Positions 1 through 12,873 of a DNA stretch of 64,000 nucleotides are shown here, one piece after another. The stretch is taken from assembly GCA_905250055.1 (NCBI GenBank), contig CAJNOF010000027.1, positions 908,618 to 972,617 of the forward strand, read 5' to 3'. The DNA comes from Rotaria sp. Taxonomy: Eukaryota. Made by a program: the position numbers and the translations under genes. The notes beneath the pieces are model-generated. The model made no database searches. It was not told where the DNA came from and was given only the letters and a program-made list of their open reading frames with translations. How positions within the stretch are numbered: position 1 is the first letter of the stretch; the number at the start of each line of letters is the position of its first letter.

Positions 1-2025
1 ATGCTAAAATTTTGATTATTTTGAGATTTAAGGAAAAACCTTATGATATTACTGATTGGGACAGACTACTGAGAGTTTTATAACAAGAGTTTATCATATT
101 ACGAATCTGCAAACATTTTTCTGAAGTTTCTCTTTCGATAGGAATTCAGAAGGATCTTACGTATGGTATCTTATGTATTCTTGATTATTCGATAGACTCA
201 GTCTACTACTAGACATGAACATTTTTTTTCAATCAATTTTTAGATTTAAGTGTTATGAAAAGTGAATCTGATTTTAATGATATTTTAAAAATGTGCGTTT
301 CTAACGAAACGTTTGACTGTTTGAATGGGAAGTTGTTGTCACTATCAGCCTTCTCTACAACCGCACCTATATGCACATCGACATCGTCTTCTCATGCACT
401 GAAAAACTGTTAAGTGAAGTGTTTATGAGACTAATATAGCCGAAAGGCTTTCTTGTATATACGCATATTCTTCAAAATCTCTCACAATCTCTTTTTTCAT
501 GTGTGAGCTTCTCATAAACCATTTTATAAACCGTTCTTGGATACACAAACTTATTATCAACGTTTTCCTAAACACCTATAGAAGTCTCGTACAAGGGAAT
601 ATAAATCTCAAACTCTTTCGGCTACTTCTCATTTGCGAGCATGAAGAAAACTAAATTTAAATAAAATAATATATTTTAAATTTTCAGTTAATTTAAATTT
701 AACAATGTTATTTGTTTTGTATAAAACGATTAAATTTGATAGTTAACTTTTTAAAGATTTGACTTATGAAAGCACATATAGAAAATAATTCGTTTTAAAA
801 ATATCTGAATGGAAAGGTATATTGTTTGAACACAAGTTACAGCGATTTATAGAGAACGTAAGTTTGTCGTTAAATGAATATTTGTTTTTTTTTTGATAAG
901 AAAAATTACTCCAATGTGTGAATGGCATGAGTTTTTGTTCAATACAGATTGACAATCTGAAAAGATGTAGTGAAATATATAGAAAACGTGAGGTTTCAAT
1001 CGAAAAAATTTTTGATTGAAGTAGATTTTAGATGATATCCAGAAAGGTGTACCATATAAAGAATGGTATGATGTTTTTTTCGATAAATAATAACTATCAA
1101 GTATTAGATGGTATAAAACTATATGCATAAATTAGCATGTATTAAAAGCAATCGAACTATTAAAATAAATAAATATTATCATCAGGATATAAGATTGTTT
1201 TTTCTGAAAGGAAGCTAAATATTGAGGATAGATATTGACTAGCTGATAGTTTTTTTTTGTTACCGATAAAGTAATACTCCTAAAACACGAGCGATGGTCA
1301 TCAATATAAACTTAGTTAAGAAGGGTTTGTATTAAAGTCAAAGCGAGTCTTCAAAGAGATTTTATCATAAGTTTTAGCGGTAATTCAATTTGTTTTGCGA
1401 GTTCAAGGTGAGTAGATAGGGGTGTATTCATGAAGAGAAGTCGCTCACCAACATTCACATTCCAAACCCATGGTATTTTTTGAACGCCATTATATGTTTT
1501 TTACTTTTGTATATGAATTCTTTGCACCTCAATGAATTTGTCTCCATGCGAAGTTTGATTCCATGTTAAAATGGCAATTAAATGGTGTGTTCAAATTTGA
1601 AAAAAGTTTAAGACATCCATCATAACAATTATTTCCGGCAAAATCTATAAATTGTAGTTGAATAAGAAAAAAAAGAAAAAAGAAACACAATTTACGGCAT
1701 AAAATAAGTTTTTTTTAAAGGCTCCTCCCCTCAAACAAAGTCAATTTTCTTCGAGTTCATCAATTTTGTGATCTATAGCTCGTTAGATAGAGCCAGATAT
1801 CTACTGTCGAATGCGCTATAGTTGATTGGTTTTATGATGAGCTTTAAGGATATTGCATAAGTTTTTCTGAACCTCCATATTGAAAAAGATAGGGTTTTTA
1901 AAAATTTATTTTCCGTTTTTCTTAAAATCCGTTTTTTCGACTATACTGTTTGCGTGGACAAATCTTACTCAATAACGACTCAATATACAAGTGATAATTT
2001 TTTTTATTCAATAGAGAACAGTTAG

Positions 2026-2200
2026 GGGTAGGTCGTAACAGAGCTTCATTTTTGAATTTCTGTATTCGTCAAATAAAGCACTTACATATGTCATTTTTAT
2101 CAGCGATTTTTTGGTCATGAATTCGAGAATTTTTCGAAAAAGTTTTTTTACAAAACAAACAAAGGGAATTTCAAAAATCGAGCTCCATTACGACCTAGCG
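2026..2200. repeat. short inverted-repeat (MITE-like) structure; arms about 2026-2060 and 2160-2200
   Basis: ggtaggtcgtaacagagcttcatttttgaatttc at 2026 is nearly the reverse complement of gaatttcaaaaatcgagctccattacgacctagc at 2163; about 100 bp spacer. Confidence 0.35.
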
Positions 2201-2619
2201 CTAAGGGTACTCCACAACTTAAAAACTGCCCAGGCATGTTAGCTCGTATTCTGATTGTGAAAACCTTGTCCGCATACAGGATACCTTTGACCAATAAATT
2301 GATTATAACTCGTGAATAACTCGCAGTTTTGAGGAGATATTTTAACCATAATCTACTCTAGCCAAGATTAATATTCTCTGAAATTTTGGCTGAACTCCGT
2401 GGAAAAATAAAAAAGTTTCTTTGTGAGGGGCCCCCTTAAATTCATAGAAGTGAATTTTTAAGAATTTTAACAACAAAAATTTGAGGCTTAAAATTGTACT
2501 GTATTTGAATAAATTAAATTGAAAAATCAAATGAAATTGAAGCTAATAGCTTTTGAATTTTAAGTTTATGTTAATGAATTTCTCAAACCCTTCGGAAGGG
2601 TCTATTGAAGCGTTTATAA

Positions 2620-2795
2620 CGCTGAAAGTGTAGGTGTACGTGGAGGTATGAGTCTGCATATAGGCGTGTGAGTATCGGTATGGCTATATGTGTGAGCGAA
2701 GAGAATACCTACACTCATGTCCCACTTATACTCATGTTCCCACCTACAGTCACACCTTCAACACCACTCATATCCCCAAAACATCGACACACGCA
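2620..2795. repeat. GT-rich / CA-rich imperfect hairpin module (gtgtaggtg...cacctacag), one of at least three similar modules in the window
   Basis: Left half GT-rich (gtgtaggtgtacgtggaggtatgag...), right half is its approximate reverse complement (…ctcatgttcccacctacagtcacacc); similar modules at 21770-21850 and 23760-23950. Confidence 0.4.
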
Positions 2796-4446
2796 ATCCA
2801 TCTGAAATGAAGTATACTCATTAAAAAAAGTCAAAGAAAACTCTGATTTTAATCGATTTTATTTAAATATTAATTGATTATTCGCTTTTAATGGATTTTA
2901 ATCTAATTTATCGGCGTTTTGTCTCACAGGGAGTAAGTATGAATTGATGTTGTACATCCGAGTGTATGAAAGATAGGAGTAGTATTACACTTACCAATCT
3001 ATCGACGTGAGGAGTCAGAAAAAATAATAAAAAATTGAAGCTTCTAAAGTAAAGCTAGAGAAAAACCTGTTTTATAGTCATAGCAATTAAAGTTGATTTA
3101 AAATTATAAAATCTGATCAAAATCGTGCCATTTTAATCGTTGTTTAATAAAAAAAACGAATAAAATCAAATTTTTTTTTATTTTTTTTTACATGAGTAAG
3201 ACTTCTACCCACCCGATTTGATTGGCAACTGTTCGGTTTGCGTACGAAGCATTAAAGTAAACAGGTTCTATGAGAGTGAGGGCATGGTATGCATTAACTG
3301 TTTCACCACTCAGTCCGTCACGAAGAAAAAAAGAGCGAAGAGAGTAGTGCATGAATCGTAGTTTGGTGACTGATTTGTATTTTTTTTTCTGTAGCTACTT
3401 ATGCCACTGAGAGGTGGCGTTTGTTTATCTTTGTGTATTCGAGATGAAAAAATGAAGAGAACAGTTAAAACTTGATTGAGTCTAGAAGAAATATTTCTTT
3501 CGTTCTTCACTTCTTTCTCTTTGGAGCATTTCATTTGTACAATGTAAAATTGAACATGACATTGAAGTTTGATTCCTTAGATGACAGGTGAAGTGGAGAT
3601 TATTCAATCTGGGATTGCGACGATTTTGACATGTGAAAACTTAGTTCGTATATTTGGATTGTATTTATACAAGATGAGGTGCGTGAAACATTTCTTATTT
3701 TGAATAGAAAGATTTCAAAATAAATAAGAGAAAATAGTTCTGTATGTTGTAAGTTGCATAACTTCTGTTCTGGAAAGAGAGTAAACGAAATCGTTACATT
3801 TTTGTACGTATATGCCGTCCCAAAACCATATTATTGACTGATTCATATTTAGAAAGTTGTTTTCACGATGAAAGTTTGTGTGTACACAAGATTACAGGTT
3901 GATAGATGTTCTTGAAGAACGACAATCAATGTTAAGTCAATGAAAAAGTGCAAAGCGAATGAAATAGTACCATTAAAACATTCATTCGAACTGTCGAGAA
4001 CAGAATACATAAATAATCAATGTTAAATAATAATCTATAGAAAGAAACTTGAAAGATATAGATCTGTGCGCAATTTACCAAAGGATATAAGACGCGGCTA
4101 ATAACAAGAAGCAGGGTGAGAATGTTCGAATACACGGGCCGACTTCGACCTAGTCTAGACGTAGGTGTGAAGAAAACTTTTTCTGGGCACTAGAACTTTA
4201 CTTATATAATAACGTTGCTAATTATCTGACGTTGAGGAAAAATCCAACACTGATTCCAAATACTGACCTGGTAATAGATAAATGCAGACTATTTTTGAAG
4301 CACAGATGTTTTCAGTAACTACAATAATCTTTAGTCCAAAACAGTGTCAAAATATAACACAGTCCTACTTCTGTTATATATGAGACTCAAGTATTATTTT
4401 CAGCTGTTTCTCGATCTTTATTACGATTAGTTATCAAAACACTATT

Positions 4447-4545
4447 CATTTTTACGGTTATCTATGGTTGTGCTTTGTTAGTGAATGGTATAGTAATTAG
4501 TCATCTGTCATCAATTTTTGGATTCTTGTGATGAGACTTTTTTTA
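4447..4545 (+). ncRNA. candidate spliced-leader (SL) RNA gene; putative SL exon ending ...GTTAGTGAATG|GTATAG at 4487/4488, Sm-site AATTTTTGG at 4513-4521, T-run at 4537-4545
   Basis: Exon-like segment ACGGTTATCTATGGTTGTGCTTTGTTAGTGAATG followed by a GT donor resembles trematode SL exons (S. mansoni ...ACGGTTTTACTCTTGTGATTTGTTGCATG|GTAAG; Fasciola ...TATATTAGTGCATG). It ends in ATG, has a consensus Sm-binding site about 26 nt downstream and then a T7 run. The 5-prime end is uncertain. Confidence 0.35.
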
Positions 4546-4652
4546 ATATTCTTCAGAAAGAATTTGTATTCATGCATTGGTATAGCTACATTTAAGAACA
4601 ATACTCACGCAATTTCAATGAATCAAATGCAACTTTAAGAAAGTCCGTTCAA

Positions 4653-5525
4653 ATGTGGCGGTTAAAGTCAAGGTACGCGTACAATAGTGCAATCTGTGGA
4701 ATTATTGTTATTACTACTATATTTTCAAACTATTACTTCTGCAAGACTTTGTCAATACTGCAAACGCAGCAAGACAAAAGTCCAACACCCGTAGCATATA
4801 TTATTACGGTTCCAGGTCATGATGAACGAGTACCAAGTGTTGTGGATAATTTTAAGAAATATGCTAATATAGATCTTCGACGTTTCGATGGCATTCGTTT
4901 TTCTCATCAACATCATGAAAAAAATAAGTCTCTGAAACTGGGAGAACAGAGTCTACGAGCGACAATGACAATGTTCTATAGCATGTTGGTTCGTGAGAAT
5001 TACGAAAAAGTATTCGTGTTTGAAGATGATGCGATTCCACATCGTAATTTTACAGCATTGTTCAGAGAATTGCCTCGTCGTTGTCTTGAAGCCGATGTTT
5101 TATTATTAGGAGCCACTATATGGCATAGAAAGCATACAGATTGGCCCAGTGGAGCGTGCTTCGATGCTAGCAGTGAAACATTTGGTGCTTTTGCTCTCTT
5201 GCTTAAAAGAGTATCCTACCGTCCTATACTCCAATGGTTACAAGCTGGTCCATCGCAACCATATGATCATGTTTATCGCCACTTGCAACGAAAAAAACTC
5301 TCTGTTCGAGTGGCATTTCCTCCTTTCCTGGTGATTGCAGATATTTCGCATCCATCTTTAGTTGATAATAATCGAGTTAATATTCAATTTGATGTGAACA
5401 AACGGGCTGAAGTGCATCTCTGGCACTTGAAAGATTATCCAATGATTCGAATACCAACTCAGACCAAGAAGATCAATGCATCGGAGGCTAAACTTTTCAA
5501 GAACAAAGTGAATACACACACGTAA
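4653..5525 (+). CDS. glycosyltransferase family 25-like protein, intronless, N-terminal signal-anchor (type II membrane topology)
   Basis: 290-aa uninterrupted ORF. N-terminal hydrophobic segment AICGIIVITTIFSNYYF. GT25-like layout: YIITVPGHDERVPSV..DGIRF ... LGEQSLRATMTMFYSMLV...VFVFEDDAIPHRNF (DD motif). Confidence 0.55.
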   Translation: MWRLKSRYAYNSAICGIIVITTIFSNYYFCKTLSILQTQQDKSPTPVAYIITVPGHDERVPSVVDNFKKYANIDLRRFDGIRFSHQHHEKNKSLKLGEQSLRATMTMFYSMLVRENYEKVFVFEDDAIPHRNFTALFRELPRRCLEADVLLLGATIWHRKHTDWPSGACFDASSETFGAFALLLKRVSYRPILQWLQAGPSQPYDHVYRHLQRKKLSVRVAFPPFLVIADISHPSLVDNNRVNIQFDVNKRAEVHLWHLKDYPMIRIPTQTKKINASEAKLFKNKVNTHT

Positions 5526-8500
5526 TCTAATTTAAATAGAAAAGCGAGAATCAACTTGAACATTGAGAAAAGATTCGAGTAAAACATGTTATCGATAAAC
5601 TAACTAAATTAACAAATAAAGTCTTCTGTTTTCTTACAATCGTACTGATAATTTTGATTTCTTCGATATGATACTGAATATAGCTTATACTAATGTTCTA
5701 GATGTGGGCCAGTATAGATGGATGTGTGGAAGACGAGATTGAAGTCGAAAATAGTAAATTGAATCTGTTAGGTGTTTTGCATGTTTTTTCCTTTAAGAAG
5801 AACGTAAGGCTGTCTTTTTCGTCAATGAAACACTTTTAATGATATGAAAAGCTAGTTCTGTGAGATAAAAAATGCAACAGACTATTTCTACATAGACAAA
5901 GCTCATAATGACTTACACAACAAATTTAATCAATCCGCTTTCAGATCAAGCTGCACTATCGAAACAATTGAATAGTAGTTTAGCATTGGGGTTTATCATA
6001 CATTCACTTATATTTCCCTTGTGCTTGTAGGATTTATTTCGCAGAGATGTCAGAGATAGCAAAGCAAATAAAACCTGGGAAGTAAATTAAATATACAATG
6101 AATTGAGTACGTACGCATCTGACAAACTGTTTATGAAGGTGAAAAGCTGAAGTAGAATTTGTAGTCTTAGGCAGTTTTCTGTTCACCCATAGATACTAAG
6201 AGACAAAAAGACTTATGAAAATAAATAGTAAAGAGCACTATAAAACAGGACGGTTATGCAATAACTGTAGTAATAACGACGCAAATATGGCTAATGGAGG
6301 GTTTGATTTGACTGTTGTAGGGTGGAAAAAATAGAGAATGACTTATGCCGATATTCCGATCGATTCGGTCTGGTATGATCGTTTCTATCGTTATCAGTAA
6401 GGAAAAACTCTTATAATTCCAACTATGTCGTAAAGATGGATCTGGGTATGGTTAATCTCGTTAAATACACACATGCACACCTCAGAGAATGTACAAAAAA
6501 TGACTCTGATAACAAAGAACGCTGACTGGCAGCCTATAAATATTTTTTATGATAAAAACAGGCGTTAATATTGATTGATAGATTAACGATTGAAACTCAA
6601 AACATGGTCTGATGTAACGGAGAGTAAAATGTGTCTTATTTCTTTAGTGGAGACTTGACTTATATTTCAAAAATCATGGAGTAGCTTCATACAAGCACCC
6701 AAGTGTATTAGTACTAGCATCTACCTAGTTTTCAAGAAGCATCATTCTACTACTTGAAATCTAAAATTCACCTGGATATGTCGATAAAAGACGATGATAC
6801 TGGAAATATTTCGCTATTTTCGTTTTTCAACATTGTGCGACGTAGCTCTGCTTGATTTTATTCTTTATCTGTTTATTGATTTTAGAAACTAGAGAATTCT
6901 ACAATGCTACAAGGCAGGCGATTCAAGATGTTTCACTGGTTTGTGATTGAGAAAAAAAGCATAGAAACATTTTTCACTTTCAAGATCCACACCACATCCC
7001 AAAATCTTTTCCTTTGCCTCAGAGCAAAATAGCTGGCTATTATCTCTAGAGATATATCCGGGTGAATGTGGTCACAGCTAAAGGTCCAGCTCAAAATATT
7101 GAACTCTTCAACAGCTAGCTGAGCCTTGTAGTTCAAATAGTGAGTACATTTTTTTTCACAATTGCTCCTTAAAATGTTATGACATAGACTTCGTGTTTAT
7201 GTCACAATTAAGTTAAGACCTACCGCTGCAACTTAATACAGTTCGATATTTCAAGATTTGTGAATTTTTTTATCTTGCTATCTGATGAAGCGACTACTTA
7301 AAAAATCCAAAACATTAATGATGTTGTTATCGAAAAAAATTCACTTTTGTGACGTGAAAAACAAAAAACCCGGCGCTGTCGGGTTGTAGAGGGCATGTTT
7401 CTCAATTGAAAATATTCTCGAGTTTGCAGATATCTAAAATGGTCGAGCAGATTCTGGAACGATAACATTGAACAACAGAAAGATCCAGTTCGAGAAAATA
7501 GCAAAATGAATTTTGACATGAAAAGCCAAAGATTTTTTCGTCATAAGGTCCTAAGGTGTATGAGCGTAATCACCTGTTGCATAAACCGTCTCTCTTCATA
7601 TACATTGCCAAGAGATGGTGATTTGTTGCGAATTCATATATTCTGAAACTATTTTCTGTATGCGTAAATCATTTTTTGGGTATATGAATGGGTTGAACCT
7701 TGACGCAAAAGGTTTCTTATTGTACGATTATGTTTAAAATGAACAATGATAAACGCTTAGCCTGAGAGTTTTTCGGTTCATATACTCAAAAATTGATTCA
7801 TGAACACGGAGAACACTTAAAGAATATATATGAACTTGCGATGGCTCACAAATTCTTGCCAATATCTATGAGTAGAAAGGGTTTATTAAAGGGTAGACTA
7901 AGCTCATAGACCTATAAAAAAAGATTTATGCATTGACAATAAACGCTTATAAGAGTTCAAAATTCTACACGCATTTTTGCAGTACCATGGTTATGTAAAG
8001 GAAGAAGAGAGAATCTGAAATTTTGTTGCTCTACAGTCTGTATCATTTAGTGCAGAAACTTGCTTCAAAAGGTAGCGAAATCTATATCGAAAAGCTAGCT
8101 CACTAGCAACATCAACGTAAGTATATTCTTCTATAGAACGCACGCATATTTTTAAAGAAAATAGTGAATGTGAGTTTCAAGTCAAATTTTCGTATCTGCT
8201 CACTCCAGCCTTCCATTATAAATCTTAGTAACCGAGACAGAAAGTGCTAAACGACATCAAGAGCAGTGCTTAGGAGGTTCTATAATATTTCAGAAACTTT
8301 CTTTAAATTTTAATGGTTGAAGTACGTTCCTACATATTCGACGAAGCGTAGTGTCAGATTTTTGCGCAGATAAACAATTTTATGATAGATATCAAGAAGC
8401 ATATGTTGATTTCTCACAAATATCATACGACCAATAAAAAAAAAGCATGACCTGATCAAATTCTGTTTCATTAATAATCAATTTCAGGGTTTCTGAGTTC

Positions 8501-9089
8501 TTCGAGATACATGATGGATCATTTAGATCTATTGTAGATATAACGAATGTATAAAACAGGATTATTTGTATATTAAATCAATGGGTAGATTTATAATAAA
8601 TTGTGAAAATGAAGCAAAAAACAAAAAAAAATAAATACCAAGCTAATAATAACAAGACAAATAAAAAAAAGAGCACCAGCCAAAAAAATACACAAAGTTT
8701 CTGTTCAAAATGTAAAAATAAAAAAAGATATAGCGTTTTCTGAGAATTCATAATTGTTGGAGAAGAGCTATGATCTTTTGGAGGTTGATATGAGGTTAGA
8801 GAAAAGCTTTGGCTTCTACGTTTCAGCATTAATGGGACTGCACTAAGAATATTTTTCTCTCATGAGACTAAACTCAAGATTGAAAATCCATTTCACTCTG
8901 ATATGATAGACTTTCTTGTATATCTTCCAGCATTAATAAAGAGGATCCAAACAACTACTTCTGATGATTGATGCCTTATGAACCTAGTAGTTTGAAAACT
9001 ATGATAAATAACAATGCATTCTTGCAATTCTAATCTAACAGAATCATTAAAACAAAATACAGCGATATCGCTTGAAAGTTCCCTAGTCT

Positions 9090-9700
9090 CAGTCCTGCTC
9101 TTTCCTTAAGAAACCTTGGAACGATCTGTCTGAATTCTAGATTTCTTGGATCTTGTCTTCATTCCTGATAATACCTGTCTTCAGAATTTTTCGAAGTTAG
9201 ACAGGATCTTGATCAGGGCTTTCTCAGATTCCTGTTCAGATTTTTCTAACTCATGCATGCAGGATTCTACAAAAATTCAATCTTGATCCTTCTCGAGATC
9301 ATCGAGGAACAAAAGAGAAGATTCTCTCGAGATTTCATCAAGTTTTAGACAAGATCGCATCTGGACCCTTATATAAGGATCCTGTCAATTATTGTTGCTT
9401 AATCACACGAGGGTCTTAACAAGAATCCAACAGAACGATGTATTAGTGACTCTAACTGTCAATTAACATAAGAAGAAATCGCATACATACTCATAAACAC
9501 CTATTTGTTCGTGAATGACTCTCGGTTAAAAACAAAAGGGTAAACTACTAAGGATCCTGATTGAATCCTATTTCAAATCTTTCAAGGATCTTGAAATTCA
9601 TGGCTGCACGCTTCTTTTAAGGTTTAGTCGTTTCTTCAGGAAAAAAGATCGAATCCTTGAAGAATTCTGATTGGATTCGTTATGGATCTAGAACGAAAAC
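9090..9700. repeat. degenerate tandem repeats of about 20-25 bp built around GGATCYT / AGGATCCTG motifs
   Basis: Recurring units ttcttggatcttgtcttcattcctga, caggatcttgatcagggc, aaggatcctgtcaatt, aaggatcctgattgaatcc, aaggatcttgaaattc; the related unit family at 23560-24130. Confidence 0.4.
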
Positions 9701-12700
9701 ATCAAAGATTTTCTTTAGAGTTCACATATTGGAAAATGAACAATCTTCGCATAAGAACATTCATATTTTGTGGATTATTTATTGGAATAATTGTTGTAAT
9801 CATGTATTTTTGTATGAGTCTATGTTCTGCCATTGCTGAATGTCCGTACAATCATGAATGACTAGAAAATATGTCAATAGTTCATGAGACTTTTGTGAGT
9901 TTTCAATGGAATGACACTATTGAACTAATTTACACTGGTGCACTTGAACCGCCTAGATTTATATGGTTTTTTGGTCAAGGGTTTATGGATATATGTGAAA
10001 TTGTCTTAGGTTTATTGGATCATCGAACAACAAGGATAAAAGAGACAAAAAACAATCGACTTTTTTCAATTATTAGTAAGCTTTGCTCTGCTCTATTCCT
10101 AACGATCTGGAGTTTGAAGACAAACTAACTATTATCAATCGAGCAAAACTTGTGAACTCAATTGGACGGTACAATCTGCAGGATCACCAAGTAATTAAAA
10201 AACTGCTATATTTTCTATGCTGTGTTGCGGCCATTAGAAATTTGACATATTTGGTCGAGAAATGGTTGGAATATCATCGTCATGTAGATTTTGATCATCT
10301 AATAATTTATTATATAATTCAACGGATGGTTTCGGTACGTTGCTTGCAAATAGAATTGGCCTTGGAATTGTTTGGCGATCATAGAGACGATTCTAGAATC
10401 AAGCATACACACATGCTCTCTTAGTAACAAAAGATCAGTTTGTTTGAACTCTATTCTTTGATCTTGATGTTTTTTATATTTCTACTATTATCAAATTCAC
10501 TTCGAAAAGTCATACAAACCAAACAAGTTCAGATATACCTCAGGTTAGTTTCAAGCTACTCAAAATGTCTCATGAAAATCTTGTTGAATGTCTGAATACT
10601 TTGCTTGCAGAAACTGACATTCATCGAAAACAACTGTCGGATGCTTGGCATAGGAGTTTGTCATCAGCTGTTATCATCTCATGCGCTGCACCGATGCATC
10701 GAATACACCATGCTCGATTGTTGAATCCTTACAATCCCATCATTCTGTCATTAGATGTTGACTATGATATCTATTATAGTGATTGTTGTTGGCAAAAAAC
10801 TTCCTTCAGATAGACATTCTTTGAAGCGATTTCAAAGATGGTTTTTTATCCAGAACCATTAATATATTCAATCCGAGTGAGAGTTGTCGAAAACTATTGA
10901 AATGAGCAACGACAAAAGAATACAGATTTTTAAGACTTCAAACATAAGATCGTACAAGTGTCTATGCCAAGACATGCTATATTGCGATGATTGCTAGTAC
11001 CAAGTATTCTGCACATTTCAATAGCGGGAAATCAGCATAAAAATCGAAGAATATAGTGTCCTTGGACTAGCATTCGGAACAAAAAATCCGCCAAGAGTTC
11101 AACACATCCATACATTTTCTTTAACTTATCATTCGATGCACCCTTTTCGTCTACTATAAAATCTTGCATATATCAATTCACAATAGACAAATCACGTAAT
11201 TCGTCATGATCATTCCTATTAGAGTCACACAAGAATTCAAGATACATTAGTATGTTTTTCAACAAACTGTTAACCTGAAAAGTGATGACATGCTACTTAC
11301 TTGAGTAGTACTATATAGTTTATGTGCTTGAGATATGAAATCTAACTATTAACGTACGAAAATAAAGTCAAACAAACAAACAGTTTATTATCAGTGTATG
11401 CGTAAAACTTGGGGTAGCTATAGGTCGGAGTGTGAGTGAAGATCTTTTCTCGATTCACAATCATATTTAAATTTTTTCATATCCATAAACATTATAGTGT
11501 ATGTTCATTAAATGAGAACGTGATATCATAAAGGTTATCAAAAAACAGAATATCAACACGATGTAACTCATTGTTTTCATACCATCTTTAATAAAACCGC
11601 TGAATCCATACTTGATTTTGATCTGTATTGCTAATTTCATTGGTATCTTATTCATTATTCTGTAATTTCTAAATATCATGAAAGTCAATATAAGCTTGAA
11701 AACCATATACCATTCCTAACTATGTTAATTATTTATTTGATTAGTCTCGAATATATCTTTATATTCAATAGCATCTTCTTTTCTTTAGTATTGCTAGTTT
11801 GAACGATTCTCAAAGAACTCATTTATTTCTTATTTTTGCAAAGATATTTTCATCAATAGGATACTTGTTCGTGAAATTTACAAAATTTTCGAGTTCGTTT
11901 TGTATTATTATTCTATTGATGAATGTGCGAATCGCTCTGTTCAGACCGAATCAGTTTAAGAACTGTTGAAAATTTTCTTCCATTATGAAACGACTTCGAT
12001 GAGTAATTCTTTTTAAGCAGAACTGAGCTATTCCAAAAGCTTTTGTTCTATTACTGTGAATAAAATTTTTCGAATAGCTTTATTGAAAAAACTTGTTACT
12101 AAATATTAGTTTTTCTCAAAACACTCGTAAATATTCTGTTATTGAACTGCTCATTATACATATGAGCAATAAAATGATAGAGATATATATTTCTTTCATT
12201 TTGCAATGATTAAACATTCATTATCTGTTTCAGTGTCAACTATATTTTTCAAAAACACCCGATACTATGCTTCGAATAGTAATAAAACAGATATTTTGAT
12301 GCCATCACAAGTTGTCAGAAGAGTTTTATATCTTTATCATCCATTTAGAGCTTAAAGATATTGCGTACGACCATTCCATTGTGTTCTTAACCTTGTTTTA
12401 AATGTGTATAATGCAGACTACAATGCTTTAAGTTAATCCTGTGCGATTGAAGCATCTTTTTTTTCTTAAAATTATATCTTTGTCAGATTATGACCAATTG
12501 AGCTAAATGAATAAATAAAATAATCCAGTATAAAGTCAAGATGATAGCGGCGTTCAAAAAGCTATGAAATATTATCATGGTAATATTACGTTTTTATTAG
12601 GCCTATCACAACGTAATAGTTTCGTCTTTTTATCTTTGCTTCTCACTCCTCAGTGTAGAGAATTTACAGACTTCACTACTTTTTTCTTGAGAAAAAAACA

Positions 12701-12873
12701 TACAAAATATTCAATTTTCATTTATTATAGGACGTAAGAGATAAGAAAAAATTCTTTTTTAATGTGAACTAGATTGTTAATGATACGAGTTAAAGATAGT
12801 TTGTTCATCAAGTAAGATGAAAATATAAGACAATCATAGGGTAAAATTAAGGATTTTTTTTTACAAAACCATA

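Noticed and set aside
764-1128. Small ORFs (60-95 aa) scattered in AT-rich intergenic DNA (e.g. 764-1128, 2342-2530, 3310-3534, 6933-7519, 8578-8829, 20502-21281, 24483-24803, 55524-55949, 56392-56927, 60594-62105)
   Set aside because: Low-complexity, no domain signatures, frequently overlapping on both strands; treated as chance ORFs
1770-1830. tRNA-like D-arm (tAGCTCgttaGatAGAGC)
   Set aside because: No matching anticodon stem or T-arm (GTTCRANYC) downstream; not a tRNA
7441-7480. U6 snRNA-like 9-mer GGAACGATA
   Set aside because: Similarity does not extend beyond the 9-mer; no U6 5-prime stem or ACAGAGA box
9657-10813. Four same-strand ORFs (60-113 aa) that could be exons of one gene
   Set aside because: No recognisable domain and no consistent splice phasing found. 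They overlap the degenerate repeat array, so likely chance ORFs or a decayed element
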